From Candidatus Latescibacterota bacterium (GTDB lineage: Bacteria > Latescibacterota > UBA2968 > UBA8231), in NCBI GenBank assembly GCA_965217585.1, contig OZ244561.1:4928001-4992000 (forward strand): a stretch of DNA of 64,000 nucleotides, written 5' to 3'. Below are positions 20,065-29,804 of the stretch, piece by piece (the first letter of the stretch is position 1; each line of letters begins with the position of its first letter). The notes beneath the pieces are model-generated. The model was given only the letters and a program-made list of their open reading frames with translations, ran no database searches and was not told the origin of the DNA. A program made the position numbers and the translations under genes.

Positions 20065-21165
20065 ATGCCAAAATTGAAGAATATAACGATCAGGGGCTTT
20101 CGGTCCATCAAAGAAATGACGCTGGAACTCCGGCCGCTCAATGTTTTGATCGGTGCCAATGGGGCTGGTAAGAGCAATCTCATTGCCTTCTTCAAGTTAG
20201 TAAATGAATTAATGGGTGGACGGCTTCAGCAACATATTGGGGCGACCGGGCGGGCCACGGCCAATTTGCATTTTGGCCCGAGGATAACTCCTCAATTGGA
20301 AGCGGAGATGGCGTTTGAGGTAGAAAATGGAACAGACACCTATAGAATGCGGCTGTTCCACGCTGCCGGTGATTCGATGATTTTTGCCGAAGAGACGCTC
20401 TCCTTCCATCAAATAGGCTATCCGAGACCAAAGGTAGTATCGCTAGGGATGGGCCATCAGGAAACGCAGATTGGAGACGAGGCAGAAAAGAACGAACCGG
20501 CGGCAAAAACACTCAGGTATTTGCTGAATCGCTGTTGCGTCTATCACTTCCACGATACATCGCCGACTTCGAGAGTCCGGCAGTATTGTTACGTCGGCGA
20601 CAACCGCTGGCTCATGCCCGATGCAGCGAATCTGGCAGCTTTACTGTATGCCCTCAAGTCCTCCAAAGAAACGGCTTATCGCCGGATTGTGGGGACCATT
20701 CGGCAGGTGGCACCGTTCTTTGAAGACTTTGATCTGGAGCCGACCGATTCTAAAGACATCATTCTCAACTGGCGGCATTGCAAGTCCGATCTCGTGTTCG
20801 GTCCTCACCAACTCTCAGATGGTACACTGCGGGCCATCTGCCTGATTTCGCTGTTGTTACAGCCCCAAGAAGATCTCCCGATACTCATAGTGGTGGACGA
20901 ACCGGAAATCGGATTGCACCCTTACGCGCTCAATGTGATTGCCTCGCTACTTCGCGCCACAAGCCACCATACGCAGGTTCTCGTCAGCACCCAGTCCAGC
21001 GCGTTTCTCGACAGCTTTGAGTCTGAGGATATCGTGGTTGTCGAGCGGAATGGTGAAGCCACGGAGTTCTCCAGACCAGATGCCGAAGAGCTCGAAACAT
21101 GGCTGGAGGAGTACTCGCTTGGGGAAATCTGGGAAAAGAACGTCATCGGCGGAGGGCCGCACTGA
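20065..21165 (+). CDS. ABC-type ATPase (AAA_21/AbiEii-like)
   Basis: Walker A GANGAGKS, LSDGT signature, Walker B VVDEPEIGLHP. Confidence 0.9.
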   Translation: MPKLKNITIRGFRSIKEMTLELRPLNVLIGANGAGKSNLIAFFKLVNELMGGRLQQHIGATGRATANLHFGPRITPQLEAEMAFEVENGTDTYRMRLFHAAGDSMIFAEETLSFHQIGYPRPKVVSLGMGHQETQIGDEAEKNEPAAKTLRYLLNRCCVYHFHDTSPTSRVRQYCYVGDNRWLMPDAANLAALLYALKSSKETAYRRIVGTIRQVAPFFEDFDLEPTDSKDIILNWRHCKSDLVFGPHQLSDGTLRAICLISLLLQPQEDLPILIVVDEPEIGLHPYALNVIASLLRATSHHTQVLVSTQSSAFLDSFESEDIVVVERNGEATEFSRPDAEELETWLEEYSLGEIWEKNVIGGGPH

Positions 21166-21854
21166 TGGTGCGACTCCATCTCTTCGCCGAAGGTGAAACA
21201 GAGCTGACGTTTGCCGATACGGTCTTGAAGCCGCATCTAGCGAATCTCGGCGTCTATATGCAGAAACCGACCTTGATTGCCCACGCCCGGAAGAAGGGAA
21301 TAGTCCATCGAGGAGGAGGTAGAAACTTCAGGGCGATGCAGAATGACATCGATCGCCGTCTCAAGCAAGAGGCGGGGAATGATGTATTTTTTACCACGAT
21401 GATTGACCTTTATGCCTTGTCTGTGAAATTTCCCGGCGTTGAAGAAGCTAGGAAATTGCGCCACGATCCGTATAAACGGGTGGAGGCTCTCGAAAGATCG
21501 TGGTTCAACGAGACCGACGATCATCGCTTTATCCCGTTCATTCAGTTGCATGAATTTGAAGCGTATTTGTTTTCTGATGTATCCCAGTTCGCTTTCTTCT
21601 TTGATAATGCAGATCCCCCAATCTCCGCTTTGCAGAGCATTGTCGATGATGTTCAGTCCCCAGAACTGATTGACGACGGACAACATACGACTCCATCGCA
21701 GCGGATCATCGCCGAATTTCCCGAATACTCCAAAACAACAGTAGGACCGCAGATGGCCGAACGGATTGGCTTGGAGAACATCCGCTCCAAATGTCCTCAC
21801 TTTAAGGCGTGGGTTGAGCGACTTGAGAAACTCAGAGCACCGAAGCGGCCATAA
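21165..21854 (+). CDS. DUF4276-like (TOPRIM-related) protein
   Basis: FAEGETE, MIDLY, HEFEAYLF, CPHFKAW; translationally coupled to the ATPase. Confidence 0.75.
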   Translation: MVRLHLFAEGETELTFADTVLKPHLANLGVYMQKPTLIAHARKKGIVHRGGGRNFRAMQNDIDRRLKQEAGNDVFFTTMIDLYALSVKFPGVEEARKLRHDPYKRVEALERSWFNETDDHRFIPFIQLHEFEAYLFSDVSQFAFFFDNADPPISALQSIVDDVQSPELIDDGQHTTPSQRIIAEFPEYSKTTVGPQMAERIGLENIRSKCPHFKAWVERLEKLRAPKRP

Positions 21855-21860
21855 CAGGTG

Positions 21861-24800
21861 ATGACCAAAACGACGCGACTGACAACAGCGGTTGAGACCT
21901 ATCTCGCCGATCTGCAACGAGTCCGCGCTTCCGGCGGCGCGACTGGTGAGCGGTCGATCTATGGGCCGCTCGCCAACTTGCTGAATGCCATCGGCGCAAC
22001 GCTCAAACCCAAGGTGTTTTGCGTCGGCGAGTTGGCCGATCAGGGAGCGGGGCATCCCGACTTTGGACTTTATGCAGCAAAGCAGGTGCAGAAGGGGCAA
22101 CCGAAACAGGGGCAGGTGCCCGAAGGCGGCGTGGTTGAAGTGAAGGCGGCTGACGATGACGCTTGGCTGACGGCGGCGGGCGATCAGGTCAGCCGCTATT
22201 GGGACCGCTATCGGCTGGTGCTGGTGACCAATACGCGCGACTTCGTGTTGGTGGGCGAGGATGCGGCGGGGCGACCGGCCAAGCTCGAAACGTTTCGGCT
22301 GGCGACAAGCGCGGCGGAGTTCGCGCAACGGTTGGAGAGTCCGCCTGCCTTTGCCGGTGAGGTCGGCACGGGTCTAGGGGAATATCTGTGCCGAGCGTTG
22401 TCGCATCGGGCGCGGCTGGTGGAGCCGAAGGACTTGGCTTGGCTGTTGGCGTCTCATGCTCGAGATGCGCTGGCGCGAGTCGAAGCCGCGGGCGATGCGC
22501 CGTCGTTGGCGGCAGTGCGGACGGCGCTGGAAGAGGCGCTGGGCGTCCGCTTTGAGGGCGAACGGGGGGCGCGGTTTTTCCGTTCGACGCTGGTGCAGAC
22601 GCTGTTCTACGGGGTGTTTTCCGCTTGGGTGCTGTGGGCGCGGCAAACACCGCCGCCCGTGAAAGCGTTCAATTGGCGCGAAGCGGTTTGGTATTTGCGG
22701 GCACCAGTGCTACGGGCACTGTTCCAACAAATCTCCGATCCCGGTCGACTGCAACCGCTCGGCCTTGTCGAGGTGCTAGACTGGACATCTGCTGCGCTCG
22801 ACCGGGTCGATTGCGACGCCTTCTTTGCCCGCTTCAACGAGGGCGAGGCTGTAACCTATTTCTACGAGCCGTTCCTCGAAGCCTTCGATCCCGATCTACG
22901 CAAGCAGTTGGGCGTTTGGTACACACCAGCGGAAGTGGTGCGCTACATGGTCGCCCGCGTCGATAAGGCGCTCCGGGACGATCTCGGCATTGCCGACGGG
23001 CTAGCGGCGGAAAACGTCTATGTGCTCGATCCGTGCTGCGGCACCGGGGCCTATCTCGCGGAAGTGCTGCGCCGCATTGCCGCCAATCTGGAAAGTCGGG
23101 GATTGGGTGCGCTGACCGGCGCGCGAGTCAAGCAGGCGGCGACCGAGCGCGTATTCGGCTTTGAGATTATGCCTGCGCCTTTTGTCGTCGCCCATCTACA
23201 AGTTGGGTTGACCATGCAGGCGCTCGACGCGGTGCTGGCCGATGACGGGCAGGAACGCGCCCAAGTGTTCCTCACCAATGCGCTGACCGGCTGGGAGCCG
23301 CACCCGACCAAGCCGTTGCCGTTTCCCGAACTGGAGGAAGAACGCGACCGCGCCGAGCGGGTGAAGCAGGAGACGCCGATTCTAGTGATTTTGGGCAATC
23401 CGCCCTATAACGGTTTTGCTGGCATGGCGGTGGACGAGGAGCGCGAGCTGTCGGAAGCCTACCGCATGACCAAGCGGGTGCGCCGACCTGAAGGCCAAGG
23501 GCTGAACGATCTCTATGTCCGCTTTTTCCGCATGGCGGAACGGCGCATTGCGAGGACGGGCCAAGGCGTGGTGTGCTTCATTTCCAACTATTCCTGGCTC
23601 GATGGGCTGTCGTTTACGGGAATGCGGGAGCGCTATCTGGAGACGTTCGACGCGATACGGATTGACTGCTTGAACGGCGACAAATACAAAACCGGCAAAG
23701 TTGCGCCGGACGGTTCGCCGGACCCGAGCATCTTTTCGTCACCGGACGATCCAGTCGGCATTCAAGTTGGGACGGCGATTGCAACGCTGGTGCGCAAGGC
23801 CGATCATGCACCAACTGGAGAGGTCGGCTTTCGGCATCTGTGGGGACAGGCCAAGCGCGAGGAACTGATTGAGACGGCAGAGGCGGAGCCGGGAAAGCTC
23901 TACGACAGCGTTAAGCCAGTGTTGCCGCTTGGTCTGCCGTTCGCACAAACGGCGGTGAGCAAGGATTGGTTCGACTGGCCTGCGCTGCCCGACTTGTTCC
24001 CGGTTTCGTTTCCCGGGGTCACCACTAGCCGCGACGGGTTTCTCGTCGATACCGATCTCGACCGGCTCAGGGAGCGAGTCTCCGACTACTTCAACCCACA
24101 GTTGAGTCATGAGGAAATCACGCGGCGCTATCCGGCGGCGATGAGAAAGCTGTCAGGGTCCGTAGCGTCCGATGCTCGTGCGGTACGTGACGCGCTACTC
24201 AAGCGTGGCGGCCCGAACGAGACCGGCTTCGTTCCCTACTCCTATCGGCCCTTCGACACCCGATGGCTCTATTGGGATATGGATGGCGGCTTGCTTGATC
24301 GTCCACGTCCCGACTACCAACCGAATGTATTCGAGGGGAACATATGGTTGTCCTCCGCTCAGCACCTGCGGAAGGGTGCGACGGAACCCCAAGTCTGCTT
24401 CACGCATCATATCGCGTCTTATCACATGATTGAGCGGGGTGCCCTTTGGTTCCCCGCTTACCTCCGCGATGACGGCTTCGGAATCGGCGGCAACGGAATA
24501 CAACGTCGCCCCAATTTGTCCGGTACCGCACAACGCTATCTCCACCATCTCGGCGCGAGCGTAGAGGACCTCTTCCACCACGTCCTCGCGACCCTCCACG
24601 ATCCTGCTTACCGCGAAGCCAACGCCGGGGCGCTCCGCATGGAATGGCCGCGCATCCCGCTGCCGGGCTGGCCCGATGGCGAAGCCGACGGCGCAGCAGA
24701 GACGCTCACTGCATCAGCGGCGCGGGGCCGCGAACTGGCCCGCCTGCTCAACCCCGAAGCGCCCGTGCCGGGCGTTACCCAAGGCACGTTGCGCCCGGAG

Positions 24801-25217
24801 GTCGCCGCCCTCGCCGTGCCCGCCACCACCGACGACCGCAATATGACCGGCGACGATTTCGCACTCACCGCCGGGTGGGGCCACTACGGAACGGGCGACG
24901 CCGTAATGCCGGGCCAAGGCCGCATCGTCGAACGCGAATACACGGACGATGAACGTGCCGCGCTAGGGGATGCCATATCCGCGCTCGGCGAAAAGACGCT
25001 GGACGTGTATCTGAACGACCACGCCTTCTGGCGCAACGTCCCCGCCGCAATTTGGGACTACAAACTCGGCGGCTACCAAGTCCTCAAGAAATGGCTATCC
25101 TACCGCGAGCGCGATGTGCTTGGGCGGGTGCTGACGCCGGAGGAAGTGCTGTATTTTGCGGAGATGACGAGGCGGGTTGGGGGGATGTTGGTGGTAACAG
25201 AGAAAAGCAGGGCGTGA
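21861..25217 (+). CDS. Single-chain restriction-modification enzyme (nuclease + N6-MTase + type ISP-like specificity domain)
   Basis: PDFG...VEVK PD-(D/E)xK, GVWYTP, LDPCCGTG motif I, GNPPY motif IV, YRPFD and GGYQVLKKWL C-terminal region; no helicase motifs seen. Confidence 0.85.
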   Translation: MTKTTRLTTAVETYLADLQRVRASGGATGERSIYGPLANLLNAIGATLKPKVFCVGELADQGAGHPDFGLYAAKQVQKGQPKQGQVPEGGVVEVKAADDDAWLTAAGDQVSRYWDRYRLVLVTNTRDFVLVGEDAAGRPAKLETFRLATSAAEFAQRLESPPAFAGEVGTGLGEYLCRALSHRARLVEPKDLAWLLASHARDALARVEAAGDAPSLAAVRTALEEALGVRFEGERGARFFRSTLVQTLFYGVFSAWVLWARQTPPPVKAFNWREAVWYLRAPVLRALFQQISDPGRLQPLGLVEVLDWTSAALDRVDCDAFFARFNEGEAVTYFYEPFLEAFDPDLRKQLGVWYTPAEVVRYMVARVDKALRDDLGIADGLAAENVYVLDPCCGTGAYLAEVLRRIAANLESRGLGALTGARVKQAATERVFGFEIMPAPFVVAHLQVGLTMQALDAVLADDGQERAQVFLTNALTGWEPHPTKPLPFPELEEERDRAERVKQETPILVILGNPPYNGFAGMAVDEERELSEAYRMTKRVRRPEGQGLNDLYVRFFRMAERRIARTGQGVVCFISNYSWLDGLSFTGMRERYLETFDAIRIDCLNGDKYKTGKVAPDGSPDPSIFSSPDDPVGIQVGTAIATLVRKADHAPTGEVGFRHLWGQAKREELIETAEAEPGKLYDSVKPVLPLGLPFAQTAVSKDWFDWPALPDLFPVSFPGVTTSRDGFLVDTDLDRLRERVSDYFNPQLSHEEITRRYPAAMRKLSGSVASDARAVRDALLKRGGPNETGFVPYSYRPFDTRWLYWDMDGGLLDRPRPDYQPNVFEGNIWLSSAQHLRKGATEPQVCFTHHIASYHMIERGALWFPAYLRDDGFGIGGNGIQRRPNLSGTAQRYLHHLGASVEDLFHHVLATLHDPAYREANAGALRMEWPRIPLPGWPDGEADGAAETLTASAARGRELARLLNPEAPVPGVTQGTLRPEVAALAVPATTDDRNMTGDDFALTAGWGHYGTGDAVMPGQGRIVEREYTDDERAALGDAISALGEKTLDVYLNDHAFWRNVPAAIWDYKLGGYQVLKKWLSYRERDVLGRVLTPEEVLYFAEMTRRVGGMLVVTEKSRA

Positions 25218-25321
25218 GTGAGATGGACGACAAGAGATTCGAAAGTCCCGAGAAATTTCAAGCGTTTCTTGACGTAGTAAGCCAACACCTTGCGCCTCTA
25301 GTAATAGAATAGCAGCACCTC

Positions 25322-26062
25322 ATGAAAATCGCTACTCCCGTAGTATTAGAGGTGATGTCGGAGTTTAAAAAATGGGATTTTAGCGACGAGGTTCTTGGGA
25401 AGGCCGGATGGTTACCCCATTACACAACGCCATTCGACGGTATCGCGGAATGTGGTAAGGACGACAAGGCAGTTCAAAGTCAACTCCTCGATTACTATGA
25501 GAATAACTGGCAAAATGTCCGCTCGGAAATAGAAATGCACCTATCGGGTTACAAGATAGATTCGGAAGCCAAAGCGACTCTTCGTGAAGCACTCGATGCT
25601 CATGAAGCTGGGCTTTATAGGTGCGTATGCCGTGTCTTATTTCCAGAAATCGAACGAGTGTTCCGCACAGAGTTATTTAATGGTAAAATTGGACATATCA
25701 CTTACGAAGAATTTATCAAAAAGCTGGTTGATGACGAGAAAAAATCCATTGATGCCTTTATACTTGAAGGTCTCTATGATCTGTCCATATTCGGACATCT
25801 GACAAAGGCCTTCCGAGAGAAGGATAGAAAAAAGCGCAAAGAAGAGCCTGTGTCCGAGAGTGACGAATTAATCTTCGGACTGTTTACAGACGTCAAGAGC
25901 GAAAAGCACCGTGAATGCCTCAAGCAGAACCCGGTTCCAAATCGTCATGCCGCCATACACGGCTTGGTAGCCTATTCCTCACAGCAGAACAGCTTGAATA
26001 TGATTTTCTTGGCCGATTATATTTTTCAGGTGATTAACTCTTCAAAGAATGCCGGACGGTAA
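25322..26062 (+). CDS. Hypothetical AT-rich protein with HEPN-like RxxxxH motif
   Basis: PNRHAAIHG near the C-terminus; preceded in frame by a 29-codon ORF (25223-25312) ending in TAG. Confidence 0.6.
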   Translation: MKIATPVVLEVMSEFKKWDFSDEVLGKAGWLPHYTTPFDGIAECGKDDKAVQSQLLDYYENNWQNVRSEIEMHLSGYKIDSEAKATLREALDAHEAGLYRCVCRVLFPEIERVFRTELFNGKIGHITYEEFIKKLVDDEKKSIDAFILEGLYDLSIFGHLTKAFREKDRKKRKEEPVSESDELIFGLFTDVKSEKHRECLKQNPVPNRHAAIHGLVAYSSQQNSLNMIFLADYIFQVINSSKNAGR

Positions 26063-26124
26063 AGGATCGCGGTCCTTAAACCGTCCATGTTGACATTACG
26101 CTGGTACTTGAAACCGCCATTAGA

Positions 26125-26355
26125 TCAATTACCGAGCAGATCAATAAATGCCTCTCGGTCAATCCCGACATCTCTCTGAATCTTGGACATAAGGCCAACG
26201 CCGATCGTTTCACCGCCGTGAATAGGCACAACCGTGCTCCGCCCATCAGGGTGCTTCATAATCGCATGACTCCCCCGTTGCCTCACAAGCTCGAAACCGA
26301 CTTTCCGCAGAGATCGGACCACATGAGCACCCGTCACGCGCGGCATTCTGTTCAT
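26125..26355 (-). CDS. hicA: HicA family toxin
   Basis: GFELVRQRGSHAIMKHPDGRSTVVPIH. Confidence 0.92.
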   Translation of the reverse strand: MNRMPRVTGAHVVRSLRKVGFELVRQRGSHAIMKHPDGRSTVVPIHGGETIGVGLMSKIQRDVGIDREAFIDLLGN

Positions 26356-26564
26356 ACGGATATTCTTTGAACGCCGACCAGTTCAAGCGGACTTGGAGCG
26401 TTTTCGCTATTGGCCTCAAGCCAGAGTGCGATTGCCTCCTCCATCCGTTCGAGCAACTGGTCGATTGACTTTCCTTGGGTATGACAGCCCGGAAGGCCGG
26501 GGACACTCCCAACGTAATAACCGTCTTCATCTTTCTCGATGACGATGGTGTATTCAGTACTCAT
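26352..26564 (-). CDS. hicB: Short HicB family antitoxin
   Basis: IEKDEDGYYVGSVPGLPGCHTQGKSIDQLLERMEEAI. Confidence 0.9.
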   Translation of the reverse strand: MSTEYTIVIEKDEDGYYVGSVPGLPGCHTQGKSIDQLLERMEEAIALWLEANSENAPSPLELVGVQRISV

Positions 26565-26719
26565 TGGATTCTCCCATAGCATTCCGCAGGACGCGGCAGA
26601 TTCAGAAAATAGTGATAAACCTCTGGTTAAGCGAAACTCTCACCTCCCATGTTTACTATTCGAGAACTTTTTGCATCGAAGATATTGACAAACAGCCCTC
26701 GAAAGGTAAATCTTAGCAT

Positions 26720-26980
26720 ATGTACGAAGTTCGCTATCAGAAGCAGGCTGCTAGCCAACTCTTTCGCATGTCGCGCAACGTTGCACAGCGGATTTGCGCC
26801 AAGATCGACGCGATTGCGGCGGCTCCTTATGCGGAGCATTCGAACGCGATGCGGCTGCGGGGAAGGGATGGCGACTTCCGGCTCCGCGTAGGTGTCTGGC
26901 GCGTGATATACTCGCTCAACGACGAGCGAAAAGTGTTGTTGGTGGCGAAGATCGACCAGAGAGGACGAGTTTACAGATGA
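26720..26980 (+). CDS. RelE/ParE family toxin
   Basis: MYEVRY...FRLRVGVWRVIY...RGRVYR. Confidence 0.88.
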   Translation: MYEVRYQKQAASQLFRMSRNVAQRICAKIDAIAAAPYAEHSNAMRLRGRDGDFRLRVGVWRVIYSLNDERKVLLVAKIDQRGRVYR

Positions 26981-27363
26981 GCGAACAGGATGTGCAGATC
27001 ATTGAGAAGAACGGCGAGCCAGAATACGCCGTCGTCCCAATTGAGAAGTACCGTCGCATGGTCGCCGCGCTTGAGGACGCGGCCGATTCTGCGGCTATCG
27101 AGCGAGCATGGGCCGAGGACGCAGCCGGCGAGACGATTCCGGGCGAAGTCGTAAAGGCCATTCTCGCTGGCGAATCGCCCTTGCGTGTGTGGCGGAAGCA
27201 CCGCGCATTCACGCTGGACGCGCTAGCCGAACGAGTGGGAGTCTCAAAAGGGTATTTGTCGCAGATTGAGAACGGACAGAAGCCCGGGACGCTCGGCCTA
27301 TTCCGCCGACTCGCGGGCGTGCTCAATGTGGCGCTGGACGAGCTAGCACACCCAACGAGCTAA
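26977..27363 (+). CDS. XRE-HTH antitoxin
   Basis: NGEPEYAVVP N-terminus; LAERVGVSKGYLSQIENG HTH; ATGA overlap with the toxin. Confidence 0.85.
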   Translation: MSEQDVQIIEKNGEPEYAVVPIEKYRRMVAALEDAADSAAIERAWAEDAAGETIPGEVVKAILAGESPLRVWRKHRAFTLDALAERVGVSKGYLSQIENGQKPGTLGLFRRLAGVLNVALDELAHPTS

Positions 27364-27569
27364 TGAAACCCAACATGAAGACGCCACAGATGGACCCGAT
27401 CATAGCTGAAGTCCGGGCTATACGAGACCAACACACGGCCCGATTTGGTTACGACGTCAAAGCAATTTTCAGAGACATTCAAGCCAAGCAACAGGCTTCT
27501 GGCCGCCAGTACGTCCGCTATCCCGCTCGCCGCACAGCCCCTGAGTCAGAAGTTCAGGCGACCCGGTGA
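27363..27569 (+). CDS. Small hypothetical protein (TA-associated type)
   Basis: DPIIAEVRAIRDQHTARFGYDVKAIF resembles small proteins recalled as PIN-gene neighbours. Confidence 0.55.
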   Translation: MKPNMKTPQMDPIIAEVRAIRDQHTARFGYDVKAIFRDIQAKQQASGRQYVRYPARRTAPESEVQATR

Positions 27570-27666
27570 GGCCGGCTGGGCCAAGGCCGCTATCTTTCTG
27601 ATAGGACGCATGGGATAAAGCAACGATAACTACAGCAGCTTCTTCCTTGGTTTGAGCCGGATATCT

Positions 27667-28098
27667 TCAGAACGCTTCGGGAAGTAAGGTAAAGCCTTCT
27701 CGATAGCCCACGTCACACAGGCGTTGATCAAACGACACAAAGCCCTGTCCTGTTGTAAGCCCCTGACACCATAGGATGGCGGCGGCTAGTTGCAATGCAT
27801 CCGCTGCCCGCAACGGATGAACAGCTAGTAACCGCTCGGCTGTACTGCGCAACGCCTCACTCGGCTGCATCTCAGCCCAAGTTTGCATCAGGGTGTGCAA
27901 TACGTGGCGAGCGGCGCGTTCGTCAGTGGGTGCCAAGCTGCCCTCTCGTACCTGACGCATCAGGGCAGAAATACACTCGGTGCGTGTGCCCCACCACACG
28001 ACCATGGACGGATCCTCGGCGAGAATCTCTCGTACCGTGGCCGAGTTAGGCTCTTGCACACACAACGGCACCACAGCCGACGTATCCCAGAATTTCAC
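27667..28098 (-). CDS. vapC: PIN-domain (VapC) toxin
   Basis: FWDTSAVVPL, LRAADALQLAAA, SFDQRL. Confidence 0.9.
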   Translation of the reverse strand: MKFWDTSAVVPLCVQEPNSATVREILAEDPSMVVWWGTRTECISALMRQVREGSLAPTDERAARHVLHTLMQTWAEMQPSEALRSTAERLLAVHPLRAADALQLAAAILWCQGLTTGQGFVSFDQRLCDVGYREGFTLLPEAF

Positions 28099-28385
28099 CG
28101 GCCTTCCTCCCGCTCGCGCAAGACTGCTGAACGCACGGTTGCTTGGGGGTCAGCAGGACGCGGCAGATCCCAAAAATCATCGGGTAAAGGCTTCTCTCCA
28201 CGCTTGAGGAGCCCCTTTTCTTCAAGGTCTCTCAAGTGCTCAGGGAAGGGCACAGGACTGGAGAGGGGCAGCAAGCGCGCAATGGGACGGCCATGCTCGG
28301 TAATTACTACTTCTTCACCGGCTTTGACTTGACGCAAATAGGCGCTCAACGACATTTTGAGTTGTGATACCGTTGTAGTCTGCAT
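28095..28385 (-). CDS. Phd/YefM family antitoxin
   Basis: LKMSLSAYLRQVKAGEEVVITEHGRPIARL. Confidence 0.92.
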   Translation of the reverse strand: MQTTTVSQLKMSLSAYLRQVKAGEEVVITEHGRPIARLLPLSSPVPFPEHLRDLEEKGLLKRGEKPLPDDFWDLPRPADPQATVRSAVLREREEGR

Positions 28386-28499
28386 GGAGTATCCTTTCTG
28401 GTTAATAACTTTAGACCAATATAGTCAAATTATATCGTCGATCAATTATCGCACAGTATATCAAAGCTTTATTCCAAGGTACTGGATCAAGGCGATAGC

Positions 28500-29429
28500 T
28501 TATATCGCTTGCCCCGTGGTAGAATTGACGCGGCGAAAGATGTGGATGAGTCGGTCGCGCGTCTGTTGCGTCAGTGGTGGGCGGGCGAAAGACGCGAGGT
28601 TGGCGTCGAGGTGGTCGGCGTTGCCTGTGCCGGAGAGGACGACGTGGACGCCAGGCTCGTCGCGGCAGAAGCGGTAGGCGGCATCGGGTAGCGATGGGGC
28701 CTCGGCCAGCAGGAAGTCGGGGAAGGCGTCGAGGTCGGCGGGGTCGAGTTCCCCTTTTTCGACGAGCGCGGCGGTGAATGCGCGCAGATTGTCGGGGTGG
28801 CCAAGTGCCTTGCGGACGGCGAACATGATTTGGATGCCAACGTTTTGCGCGATGGCTTGCGCGAAGACATTGGCGCGGGCGGTCTGGTTGAGCAGATTGA
28901 AGCCGACCATCAGGACATCCCACAGGTCGTCGGCCAGAGCCTGCTGGAGCATGGTGTGTTCGAAGTCCTCGTTGAACATCTCGCTGAGGCCGACAAAGCG
29001 GATTTTGCCCTGCTGCTGCGCCTTTTGCAGAGCGGGGTAAATGTCGTTGACGAGATAGCGGTAGTCTTGGGGCACGACGCCGTGGAGGTTGTAGAGGTCG
29101 ATGTAGTCGGTGCCTAGGTGCTTTAGGCTCTCGTCGAGGCTGGCTCGCAAGGCGTCGGGTGTGACCTGCTCGTGGCGGGTAGATTTTTTGGTCGAGAGGA
29201 TTACGGAGGTGCGGTCGCGGCCCTGTAGGGCTTGGCCGATGATGGATTCAGTGCCATAGCCTTCGGCCGTATCGACGAAGTTGACGCCGCGATCTAAGGC
29301 GCGGCGGATGAGATCGGCGGATTGGGCGTCGGTTAGGCCGATGTTGCGCCCAAGTCGGCTGTGGCCGCCAGCACCTAAGCCCATGCGCGCGACGGTTAGG
29401 TTGGTGCGGCCTAAGATGGTGGTTTGCAT
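28500..29429 (-). CDS. Aldo/keto reductase
   Basis: LGRTNL, DTAEGYG, STK, SLKHLGTDYIDLYNLH. Confidence 0.92.
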   Translation of the reverse strand: MQTTILGRTNLTVARMGLGAGGHSRLGRNIGLTDAQSADLIRRALDRGVNFVDTAEGYGTESIIGQALQGRDRTSVILSTKKSTRHEQVTPDALRASLDESLKHLGTDYIDLYNLHGVVPQDYRYLVNDIYPALQKAQQQGKIRFVGLSEMFNEDFEHTMLQQALADDLWDVLMVGFNLLNQTARANVFAQAIAQNVGIQIMFAVRKALGHPDNLRAFTAALVEKGELDPADLDAFPDFLLAEAPSLPDAAYRFCRDEPGVHVVLSGTGNADHLDANLASFARPPLTQQTRDRLIHIFRRVNSTTGQAI

Positions 29430-29516
29430 GTAGGCTCCGGGGGGTAGCTCAAGGTGGTCGGCGACGCGAAAGATGCTAATATAGATATTCTATTAATCCA
29501 CGAGAATTGGCAGAGT

Positions 29517-29785
29517 ATGAAACTGTCGCCACAGGAAATAGAACAGCAGCATCTCGACGCCGACACGCTGGCCGAGGCAGTGCGCCAAGTGCGGGAAGCA
29601 GGCTTTGTCATTTTGGAGGAAACCATGGATCGGACGTGGTGCGATGCGATACGCGAGGCATGGGACGGTCATTTGGAAAGCCAGACGCCAAGGCAGCCGA
29701 TCCGCTACCGGCGGAAATCATGGACCAGCTATCGGCGCGGGCGCAGCGGATTTTCCGCTTCAATAAGCAAGAAGCGCACGAGTAA
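29517..29785 (+). pseudogene. Phytanoyl-CoA dioxygenase-like gene reduced to its two ends
   Basis: MKLSPQE...AVRQVREAGFVILE joined out of frame to ...PAEIMDQLSARAQRIFRFN; no HxD motif. Confidence 0.55.
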
Positions 29786-29804
29786 AACTAAGAAGGCTGC
29801 CCAG

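Noticed and set aside
583-25312. Amber (TAG) recoding suggested by in-frame TAGs at 583, 5527 and 25310
   Set aside because: TAG is the evident true stop of many intact genes here (e.g. ends at 10927, 13786, 19988, 53099), and two of the three cases lie in otherwise decayed genes; nonsense mutation is simpler
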